A stretch of DNA of 63,922 bases, counting the filler, from Octopus bimaculoides (lineage: Eukaryota), in assembly GCF_001194135.2 (NCBI RefSeq). It is 8 parts of 8 records of this genome, joined end to end, with 100 filler letters (N's around TTAATTAATTAA, not from the genome) between each part and the next. Parts side by side here need not be neighbours in the genome. Positions count along the whole stretch, not along the records: positions 31,247 to 43,045 come from NC_068988.1; positions 43,146 to 55,540 come from NC_068983.1; 6 more parts are not named here. The stretch is one strand, 5' to 3'. Positions 40,201 through 50,518 of this stretch are shown here, piece after piece (within the stretch, counting starts at the first letter, position 1; every line of letters starts with the position of its first letter). A program made the translations under genes and the position numbers. The notes beneath the pieces are model-generated. The model made no database searches. It had not been told where the DNA came from and worked only from the letters and a program-made list of their open reading frames with translations.

Positions 40201-41085
40201 ATTTCAAAATATGAGAAGTGCTTATTTGCAATAGTTTGTGACTTAGTGTTTTGTGAGAAACGTTGTGGTTTCAGTGAACTGTTTGATAAAAAATATCTTA
40301 TCAATAATTTAACCCATTAGATTTCAAAATCAAGTGTTAGTCACACAAATAAAAAGTGCTTATTTGCAATATTTTTTTACTTAGTGCTTTGTGAGAAACG
40401 TTGTGATTTCAGTGATCACTTTGATAAATATACTCTTTTCATCAATAATTTAACGTATATTAAACCATTAGATTTCATAATGAAATGTGTTTTTCGCAAA
40501 AATGGAAAGTGCTTATTTGCAATATTTTTTGAATTAGTGTTTTGTGAGAAACGTGATTACAGTGAAATGTTTGATATATATTATCTTCTCATCAATAATC
40601 TAATGTACATTAACGCATTAGACTTCAAAATGAAAAATGTTTGTCGCGAAAATGAAAAGTCCTTATTTGCAATATATGCTTATGTGCAATATCTTGTGAC
40701 TTTGTGTTTTGTGAGAAATGCTGTGATTTCAGCGAACAATTTGCTAAATATAAACTTCTTATCTATCATCTAACTTACATTAACCCATTATATTTCAAAG
40801 TAAAAAGTGTTTGTTACGAAAATGAAAAGTGCTTATTTGCAATATATTGTGACACTGTGTAATGTGCGAAACTTTGTGATTTCAGTGAACTCTTTGATAA
40901 ATATAATCTTCTCATTATTCTTCTAACTTAGATTTCACAATGAAATGTGTTTGTCGCAAAAATGGAAAGTGCTTATTTGCAATATATTGTGACTTTGTGT
41001 TATGTGAGAAACGTTGTGATTGCAGTGAACTGTTTGATATATATCATCTCATCAATAATCTAATGTACATTAACGCATTAGATTT
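34260..41085 (+). repeat. Satellite array B, ~153-bp monomer homologous to A
   Basis: ttagattt anchor at 35041, 35194, 35347. Shares ttatttgc..tgtga..tttgtgtt..aaacg.ttgtga..tgaac.ctttgataaatataat..atcta.c.tatattaacc..tagatttcaaaatgaa with A. Confidence 0.95.
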
Positions 41086-41545
41086 CTGTGCCGATAGATG
41101 CCCCAGATCCCGCAGATGAAAGGAGGAAAAAAAAGTTGGACGTGCGGTGGAGGCCCTTGTGGCGTCAATCGAACGCCGAGCCGCTCCGGTGGTAATTGTG
41201 CCACCGGAGAGGGAGACTCTCTGAGCGGGAATTGTGCCGCTGATAGAGCAGTGCGAAGTCCCTCCCTCCGAGGAGGAGGAGGAGGAGGAGTCTCTCCTTC
41301 TGTACATCGAGAAAGGGACTATAAAAAGGTTCTTAGAGAGGGAGAGCGGCCAGGAAAGATCCTTCTCGGCTTTCACGACCAGTTCAACATGGCATCCACA
41401 GGTAGCTGCGGAGATCGTAACTGGTAGGATCTTGTCAAGAATAAGGTCCAACTTTGACAAGGATGATTTTATCTGCCTCGCCACAGACTCCAAATTGTCA
41501 ATGCGGACTTGTCTGCAGGCAGCAAGTAAATTTTTTTAGGAGCTG
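41086..41545 (+). mobile_element. GC-rich ORF fragment, probable C-terminal part of a LINE ORF1, abutting the satellite end
   Basis: Near-open frame ...VEALVASIERRAAPVVIVPP...EEEEEEESLLLYIEKG...AASKFF*, next to two ORF1-like fragments. Assignment is mainly by context. Confidence 0.45.
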
Positions 41546-41909
41546 TGACGGGGCGAATTGATTGAATTGTGATTGGTTGTTTTGTTTTTTGAACATTGTA
41601 TTATTGATGTTATTATTGTAATATTATATTGTAATTATTGAACTAAGGTTTTCAAGGGGTTGCCAATCAGTGGGCGCTGGTGTCCCTCTCATTTTCTTTC
41701 ATCTATGTCTTTTTTCATTTTTCATTAATGTCTTTGTCCAGCCCAGATTTCTTGCCATTCTATGTACAGCCCTTGTTGCTAATCTAAATTAAATATAAAG
41801 CTTCCTTCCCGTTACTGTGCATGCGTTGATTCAGTTGCTGGCTTGTCTTTATGAGTGTCGGACTGGATGTTTGTGCTGCTTGGCAGCGGTCTAGTGGAAA
41901 TGTATTCAG

Positions 41910-42490
41910 ACGTTAGCGGACCTGAATTTTCTTCAGCGGAAGAGGAGCTGGTGCAGGCGGTGACAAGAATGGACCGAAAGTTTTTCTGAGGCGGCAGAGG
42001 TAAGGAAGAAGGATGTAGACCTGGCTGAACTAAAGGAATAAGGAAAAATGACGCAGAAGGTGGGTGGCGACGTGAAGTTGTCGCTCCTCAAAAGAATCGT
42101 GGAGCAAATGGAGAGGAAAACTATCACCTATAGGATGCACTCGCTTAAGAACAAAGAGGCTGAACAGGTCGAATCGGAAATAATAGAAAAAGCGCTAGGG
42201 AAACAGTCGAACCAAATAACGTACATAACCAAGGGATGTAAATACGGGACAGTGATCGTCCAGTTTAGGACAGTGGAGGAGGCGAGGAGGCTGGCGTGTG
42301 TGGCGGCGAGGACGGAAGAGGTGGTGCTTCTCCCCACATAACTTGGAAGAAAGACTTCCAACGTAAGGGTGGAAGCAATCCCACATGATATAGAAGTGGC
42401 TTAGGTTGCGGCAGCCGTCCTCTTTGGAAGTGAGGAGGAGGGGGCTGTCCTCCAAGCCACAGAAATGGAAGAAGGAGGATAGAATACCTA
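41910..42490 (+). mobile_element. L1/Tx1-type ORF1-like fragment (RRM-like), degraded
   Basis: KTITYRMHSL...ITYITKGCKYGTVIVQFRTVEEARRLA...VVLLPT*LGRKTSNVRVEAIP. Confidence 0.6.
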
Positions 42491-42639
42491 AGAAGAAGCC
42501 AGGATTACCTGTTGGCTGTAATGTTTTCTGTGTTTTTCCTTCCTTTCTGTCTGCCTTTTATTTGGAACTGTTGTTGTTTTAGTTTTTCTTCAATTTTTCG
42601 TCTTCATTTTCGGTTTCTTTTCTTGAACTGTTAAAGAAC

Positions 42640-43045
42640 TTGTATGAACATGGGGAAAAGAGTGAAAAGTGACTGTGAAGCCACTGCCTTGGAGTGGGAA
42701 TTGTGCCCACCCAGGCGGTGGTTGGATGAAATGGAGAAGAGGACAGTGGTCTTGCGGACCTATTCTAGGTCACGCAATGCCATTGCCCTCTTCAACAAGG
42801 ACAATATTGAAAACGAACTGGCATGCTGTTTGCCAGATAGAAAGTTTTTTTTTTTATAACCAGGGGAGTCAAATATGCAACGGTGTGGTTGTTATTTGAC
42901 TCCCCTGAAGAGGCTGCTATTGAGGCCAGCCAGGCCCTGCAGGGGGAGGAAATTTTGTTCCTTCCTTCTTACTGCGGGAAGAAAATTCTTAAAGCCTGTG
43001 TATGTGGACTGCTGATACCATCCGGCAGGGTTTGGGGGACAGCGG
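42640..43045 (+). mobile_element. Second, diverged ORF1-like fragment
   Basis: KRTVVLRTYS...TRGVKYATVWLLFDSPEEAAIEASQALQGEEILFLPSYCGKK aligns by eye to 42120-42370. Confidence 0.6.
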
Positions 43046-43907
43046 NNNNNNNNNNNNNNNNNNNNNNNNNNNNNNNNNNNNNNNNNNNNTTAATTAATTA
43101 ANNNNNNNNNNNNNNNNNNNNNNNNNNNNNNNNNNNNNNNNNNNNAATACATACATATAAATTTGACATGGGCGATTCTTTCTTGTCTTGGGATTCATGG
43201 TCAAACGGCTGGGTGGAATTGCGTGAATAATTCCACAGATGTGTAGAATGATCTGGTGATGAGGCTGGGCTTTGTATTTTTTTCATAGCTCCCATGTTTA
43301 CTGAGATAATCTACTATAATAATACCCTTGTGTTTATCAATGAGAAAGGAAGGGGTAATAGATGAATAAGGAAGGAAGGGGTGATGTCATGCTTGGTAGT
43401 AGGATAATGAAAACTGTGCACTGAAAAAATAAATCAAACAGCGTTTCAACTCTGTGTGAATATATATTTAAAAGTGGGGTATGTTAATGTGTGTGTTTGT
43501 GTGTGCGTGTGCATGCGCAATGGAAGTGAGATGGTTCATCTTTGTTCACTTAGTATTTGGGTTTATTTTTGGATTTGGTTGAATCTTCGTTTTTTTTTTT
43601 TTTCTTGATCAGTTATTTTTCACTTTTTGACAGAAAAAAGTCATTCTAAAATTGTTTTTTAACATAAGTGTGCCCAAACAAGTCAAATGCTTACACAGAG
43701 CAGGTTTTATAGCCACATCATCAAAACCGACCAGGTGAAACTGGGCTTAGCTGCTAGTATATATATATGCATGCTTCTGATATTTATGCATGCGGATGTG
43801 ACAGATATATACTAGTGTAGTTGCAACAGCATTGCTGGGGAGGAGGATAAACAAGCATTGGACTGAGGTTTGATGATATAGGGGAAGGGAAAAGAGAAGT
43901 ATATATA

Positions 43908-44112
43908 GGTGCAGGCATGGCTGTGTGGTAAGAAGCTTGCTTGACAACCGATGTTGATGTGTTTACGTCCCCATAACTTAGCAGTTTGACAAAAGAGACT
44001 GATAGAATAAGTACCAGGCTTACGAAGAATAAGTCCAGAGGTCAATTTCTTCAACTAAAAGGCAGTGCTCCAGCATGGCCACAGTCAAATGACTGAAACA
44101 AGTAAAAGAATA
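43908..44112 (+). mobile_element. SINE family 1 with internal deletion
   Basis: Head gcatggctgtgtggtaagaagcttgc fused directly to body ttgacaaccgatg; normal tail. Confidence 0.8.
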
Positions 44113-44817
44113 AAATAATATACATAGGTGTGTGTGTTTGTGTGTGCACATAAGTATGTGCATTCTTGCATTTGTGTATAAGTGTATGAGTGCACATATG
44201 TTTGTCTGGAAGAACGTGTGTTTTTGTTTGGTGTGTGTATGTACATTTATATGCATGCTTTTGATATTTATGTATGTGGGTGTTATAAATGTTTACTTGT
44301 GTAGTTGCAACAATTTTGCTAGGAGGTGGGATAGGCATGGGACTGAGATTTGCTGGTGTGGGGAGAAGAGGAAAGTATATGTACATAGATGTATGTGTGT
44401 ATGTGTATAAGTATGTACATATGTATAGGTGTGTGTTTGTACGTATATGTTTATGGGGCGAATGTGGGGGGATATAGGAGATGCATAAGGTTGTGGGGAT
44501 GCATAGGCACTGGTGGTTAAGAACTCTGTTCTTGGGACAGTCAGTGTTAAGGTGGTACTTCCTAAATCCACACCCCAGCAATGCTATTGCAACTACACTA
44601 GCATACATCTGTCACACCTCCACACATAAATACTAAAAGTATGAATGTATATGTACATGCACATGCACACATATATGTTCTTCCTGACAAACACATATGC
44701 ACTCATATGTTTATACACAAATGCAAGAATGTACTTACTTACACACATGCACACTCATACGTACATCTATGTATGCATAATTTTTCTCTCTTCCCTCCCC
44801 CAAAAGCATTCAAACTT

Positions 44818-45335
44818 TGGGCCTCATGGATGCAATGATTAGTTACTGAGACCTTTGGTGATGTGCTGTGCTTAGGAAGACTCGTCAAACCAAGTGAAAT
44901 CATAGTCATGGCTGATGCTGGAGTCACGTAACTGGCACCCATGCCAGTAGCACATAAAAAGCACCTTTTGAGTGTTGGGCCTCATTGAGGCAAAGTGGCC
45001 AATGCTGGTGGCAAGTGAAAAGCTCCTTTCAAGCATTGGGCCTCACAGAGGCAATGACGAATGACTGAGACCTTTGACATTATGTTGCGCTTGAGAAGAA
45101 GACCTATCAAGCCAAGTAAAATCACAATCGTGGTAGATATTGGTGTCACGCAAATGGCATCTGTGCCAGTGGCATGTAAAAGCACCCATTACACTCTCGG
45201 AGTGGTTGGTGTTAGGAAGGGCATCCAGCCATAGAAACAATGCTGAATCAGACTGGAGTCTGGTGCAGCTTTCCAGCTTTCCAGCTTGGTTAAAGAGTTC
45301 AACCCATGCCAGCATGGACAATGGAGGTTAATATA
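44818..45335 (+). mobile_element. SINE body with alternative 3' tail (...aacccatgccagcatgga...gttaa)
   Basis: Internal repeats gggcctca..gaggcaa and gcacgtaaaagcacc-like; ggaagggcatccagc. Matches 56340-56510 and the reverse complement of 56926-57160. Confidence 0.75.
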
Positions 45336-45639
45336 TAGTGTAAGACCCAGTCACGAAAACAAAAAAGAGCAGTCTACTAGGTGTAAAAAAAATGTATAGA
45401 AAACAAATATGAAAACAAAAATTTGCACAAACGAACGGGGTGGGGTGGAGAGAGGACTTTTGGAAAATTCACAAGATCCGATTTTTCCTCATAACTTTCA
45501 GGAAAATGGATACATATTAATGAAATTTTACAGAAATCTTTGAGAAAGAAAGCCAGGATTGGATAGACAATATGAAAATGTGTCTAGTTTTAAGAAAACT
45601 AGGGACAGCAGAGCATGAGAAGAATAGTAACTTCATATT

Positions 45640-47490
45640 GTCAGAAAAAGCATCCAACAAATTTCCCTGACAGTCAACATTTTGTGCAAAATGTTTCATG
45701 AAAGGAGCTCACTGTTTAATACTAGATGGAAATGTTTAAACATAGAAAAGAGTGTGAAGATGAAGACTTTCTACTTACAAAGGCATAGTCAACAAAGAAT
45801 GTGAGATTTAGGCTAAATATGCTTACTCCACATTCTTTCGAGTGTTTAATTTTTGCACAAGGATTGATAGATAGAAGGGATGCAGAAATTCAAACAGATG
45901 AATATCAAAACTGGAAATGATAGGATTTGACAGTGCAGAAACTGTTGGAAGAGTGTGACAGGATATTAAAATTAAAGCATGACATGGAAGAAATTCAACA
46001 GAAAGAGTGTCCAGTGCAAAAAAGTCAGAAGACTAATAGTGTTGCAGGAAAAACAGAAATGATATCAGGATGTAGACCCATGTATGGTATGTGGTGGGAT
46101 GCACCTGCAAAAACAATTGTCTGTATAAAAAAAGCAAAGTGTTTCACTGTGGGTTTACAGGCCATATGAAATCACACTGCAAAACTAGTAAATAGTTTGT
46201 CAGCAGGAAAAGTTGTGACTTCAACAGAAAATTTGAGAATGTAAAAATTGAAAACACTAGTGTCAGAATGCACTTAGACACAGGAAGTGATATCTCAATC
46301 ATAAATGAGAAAACATGGGAACAAATGGGTAAACCAAAATTATGTAGTTCAAACAAAATAGCATACAATGTTACAGGAAGGAAATTACATATCACAGGTG
46401 AACGTATTTGCAATATAATGTTCAAAGGTCGAACCCAAACAGTGAATGTTTATGTGTTGAAAAAATCCATGAATTTATTTGGCACCAAATGTATGGATAG
46501 ATTTAATTCATAGATACCCCCATAAGTGCTTTGTGCAATAGCGTAAACAGAGCAGTGAAACGATCGAAGAAGATCAATGAACTGAAACAAAAAAAGTGAT
46601 ATAGAACAATGTATGTGAACTACCAGTAACTTTGGAAGAAATAAAAAAGGTGAGAAATGACAAATTTAGCAATAAGACAAAAAGAAAACTGGTTGACAAA
46701 GAAGATAAAGAAAGGTCTGATGCAAAGAACCACCAAGATGTGAATGTGTACTCTATATGTGATGGTGTACTTATGTATGCTCAGAGGGTAGTCATACCAT
46801 AAACATTACAGAAGAGAATGCTAAAAAGACTTCCATCCCAGGCATCCCTAGGATGAAAGTGTTGATGCGAAGTTTTGTATACTGGCCAAGCATGGACAAG
46901 GAAGTTGAAAACCTGGTAAAAGGCTGCAAAGGATGTGTGCTGGCAGCAAAACTACCTACTACAATATGTGAACCTTGGCTGGAAGTGAAAATACCATGGT
47001 CCCGATTGCATATCAATTTTGCTGGCCCAGTAAATGGATATTATTACTTAATAGTAGCAGACAGGTACGTAAAATGGCCTGAGGTCGCATGGTGTAAATG
47101 ACCAACCTCATATATGATAATAAACTTCTTACACAAGCTGTTCACAAGATTTGGTGTACTGGATATAATTGTCTCTGATAATGGAACACAGTTTGTATCT
47201 CGTGAGTTTAAAAGATTCTATGAGATGTTCACGTTAGAACATAAAACTATAACACCATGTCATCCTAGATTGAATGGAAGGGCTGAATGGTTCGTGGACA
47301 CTTTTAAGAGAGCTTTAAAGAAAGCTGACAAAACTCCGAACCCAAATGCACCAGAAGGAAGTTCACCAGCAGAATTAATGTTTGCCAGAAAGGTGAAGTC
47401 AGTATTCAATAAACTGCTACCAGTGAAGAAAAAAATACGTACTAGTAAAGACATGCCAAATTTCTTTAGAATTGGTGATAAGGTATATGC
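45640..47490 (+). mobile_element. Gypsy LTR-retrotransposon internal relic: gag-protease-(RT/RNase H deleted)-integrase
   Basis: SLFNTRWKCLN; CMVCGGMH..C..K.KCFHCGFTGHMKSHC; LDTGSDISII; LPVTLEEI; MKVLMRSFVYWPSMDKEVENLVKGC; PWSRLHINFAGP; IVSDNGTQF; HPRLNGRAEWFVDTFK. No LTRs recognised. Confidence 0.92.
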
Positions 47491-48323
47491 CCGTTTAAAA
47501 TTTGTTTATGAACATAAAAATAAATCTGATACATTCTGGGAAAAGGTTCTATGGACAGACAAGTTGAAAATTGAATTGTTTGGACGAAATTCGCGTAGCC
47601 ATGTTTGGAGGAAAGATGGTACCACCTATTCGCCAAAAAACACAATTCCTACTGTAAAGTTTGGAGGTGGCAACATCATGATGTGGTGTGTGTTTCTCTG
47701 CAAATGGCACTGGCAATTTACATGTGATAGATGGTAGAATGAATGCAGAGATGTACCAAAATATTTTGAACAATAATTTATGGGACCCTGTAGAAAAGCT
47801 CCAGCTTTGTGAAGGGTGGGTTTTACAACAGGATAACGACCCTACCAAAAAATGGATTGTCGATCACAATATAAAATTATTAGAATGGCCAAGCCAGGTC
47901 CTGAGTTGAACCCCATTGAAAATTTGTGGTGTTATTTGAAAATTAAAGTTCATTCAAGAGCCCCGACATGAAGAAAATTTGTCAAGAAGACTGGGAAAAA
48001 ATTCCTAAAGAAACATGTGAGTCATTGATTAAGAACTACAAGAAAAGATTGGTTGAAATGGAACTGAATAATGGTTATGCTACGAAGTACTTAATCAGAA
48101 TTATTGGTTATTTATGTTCTGTGCGAATACTTTTTTCACCCCTAAATATTTCTAATTGAATATAAATTACTTAGTTACTATAATTTATTAGTTAGTTTCT
48201 TTTGCATATTCTTAGTTTATGCATGTGTATGCAAATATAGTATTGGTATATCCCATTTATGTTCATTAGAAATTAAGTAAATAAAGAATTTTGCCATGTA
48301 CGAATATTTATTTCCCCCTACTG
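47490..48323 (+). mobile_element. Tc1 (DD34E-type) transposon, 3' portion with right IR/DR terminus
   Basis: ARLKF..EH..FWEKVLWTD..KIELFG; PTVKFGGGNIMMW; LQQDNDP; EWPSQ..ELNPIENLW; GYATKY*. Ends ...ccccctactg|ta. Confidence 0.92.
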
Positions 48324-48979
48324 TATTGGAATGACAAGTAATACTTTCAAAGAAAGCTCTATGCAGCATTTGGCTTCATTCAGAGGGAAAAACAAAAACA
48401 AAAAACACATACATAACATCCCTATCCGATATGATATGGACACTGAAAGAGAGGAACATGTGCGATCTCCAGGTAACATTATCTCTAAGGCCAACAAATA
48501 TAAGGGATAGGGTAGCAAATGTGAGCTTTGTATCACTGGAAAAATTAAACATTATTACATCAAAAGCATTTTTAATATTCAGAATGAAATCTTCTCCCCT
48601 TACATGCAAAAGCAAAATTTCAAGCAGACACACCTACTTTGTCACTGCCCCATCCAAAACCTGGATAGATTTCTTTTTCTGAACAGCAATTATATACATT
48701 ACATGAACTTTATGCATAAAAGGCACATGCCCCCATAAACTTTTGCTGAGCTCCCCATCACACAAATATATGGGCATTACACATATCCATGATATCATAT
48801 GATATACCCAAACTTATGAACCAACAACCCCATGAACCAAGTCTGATATCAATTATTTAAGAAATATGTGAAACTCCACAATTATGGGTACACATCCAAA
48901 CACAAACAAATTACATAAAGCAAATGCAGAGATGTGTGTGAGTGTGTGCATTTTGTATGTATATGTGTGTGTGTGTGTG

Positions 48980-49023
<44 letters not shown>

Positions 49024-49034
49024 AGCAGTGAAGC

Positions 49035-50002
49035 TGGTATCTCAGGGGGCTGGGACTAAATGGAACCCCACCTAAGAGGAAGGTCACATGGACTGACCTG
49101 TAGAGACTGGAACCTTTCCACATCTCCTCCCTCCTGCAGGTGATGTATGATATACTCCCAATGCCAACAAACCTGCACAGATGGGGTTTGAGGGGAAAAT
49201 AGTTATGTAGACTTTGTGGTGAAAGTGGCATGCTGGCACACATCTTGTCAGGATGCAGAATAGCACTTTCTCAAGGAGGATACAAGTGGTTCTATGGCAG
49301 AGTGCTTGCAACACTCTCTCACACCCTGGAGCAGGAAAAGCCCAAGAAACATCATCACCAGAGGAAAACAACAGCAGCAATAAAGTTCATGAAAGAGAGA
49401 GAGAGAGACTAGTAAAGTCAGCAAAAACAACACATAGCTTGCTGCATGGATTCCAATCATGGAATATGAAAGTGGACCCAGGGGAGAGACTGCAGTTACC
49501 CCAGGTTGTCCATACAACCCTGAGGCTAGATGTGGTTCTGAGGTCTGAAAAGACCAAGAAAATTATTTTAATTGAGCTCACAGTCCTATGGGAAGAGGGG
49601 TGTGATGAGGCCCATGAATGAAAGTGTGCCAAATATGAGAGCCTTCTGCAGGATTGGAGGGAGAAGGGATGGCAGGTATGACTTTCTTCTATCAAGGTTG
49701 GCTGTAAAGGGTTCCCTGCCCAGTCAATATGGAGGATGCTTGCAGCCATTGGAATGAGAGGAAAGGAGTGAAGGGTTGGTGTGTGTAGGATGGGAGAGGC
49801 AGCTGAAAGAGTCTCTTGTTGGCTTTGGAACAAGAGAGAGGAGTTAAGCTGGAAGCTAAGAAGAGATGAGGAGCAGTGATTTGGCCACCTCTACTGACCC
49901 ATCAATGAGAGGGTGTTTACAGTTCAAGGTCGAGACATCTGATGACATCAGTTTCTCCTGGCCAACGCTCCATTCACTTTGGTGAGTGGAAAAAACACTC
50001 TT
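49035..50002 (+). mobile_element. 5'-truncated HERO-clade non-LTR retrotransposon (zinc knuckle, RLE, 3' UTR)
   Basis: VMYDILPMPTNLHRWG; CRLCGESGMLAHILSGC; TTLRLDVVL...IILIELTVLWEE...KCAKY; KVGCKGF; AAERVSCWLWNKRE. Starts after (TA)n, ends at (AC)n. Confidence 0.9.
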
Positions 50003-50430
50003 AACACACACACACACACACACACATATGTATGTATGTATGTGTGTATATATGTATAAATATATATGTACATCCATGTGTGTGTGTGATACACATATGC
50101 AAACACGTGTGTGCATATGTGTATGGCATCACATGATTCACAGGATGAATATATTTCTGTGATGGGGAGCTCTGCTGTGCAAATACCTGCTCAGTGATAA
50201 ACTGCCAATAGCTATTCATTGTCAAGCAGCTATAAAATCACTGCTTCTTGTTTTAGTTACAGTTCAAGCTAGAGTTTTAGGTAGTAAGTCAACTTGATCA
50301 CTTATTGTATATACCTATTGCATTATACCATTAAACAGAATATTACCTGAACTATATATATATATATACACACACACATTATTCTTGTTGCAATTGTTAT
50401 AACACCTTTTAAAAAATTCTAATTTGGTAG

Positions 50431-50518
50431 AACAAAAAGCTTCCAATATGTCACATGAGGAACTTCTGGAATATATGTCACCTTACCAAGAGACAGAATA
50501 TAATCAAGTTCTTGCTAG
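50431..50518 (+). CDS. Candidate exon (E-QKASNMSHEELLEYMSPYQETEYNQVLA-R), product unknown
   Basis: tag| acceptor, strong AG|gtaaga donor, 88 nt open in non-repetitive sequence. The phase-0 frame is also open, so the frame is uncertain. Confidence 0.4.

Noticed and set aside
31247-41085. CRISPR-like repeat-spacer interpretation of the tandem arrays
   Set aside because: Whole monomers are homologous with no unique spacers, there are no cas genes and the context is eukaryotic.
49930-49955. ctgatga in the HERO-like 3' UTR as a hammerhead core
   Set aside because: It forms a ctgatg-a-catcag hairpin with no downstream GAAA; no hammerhead topology.
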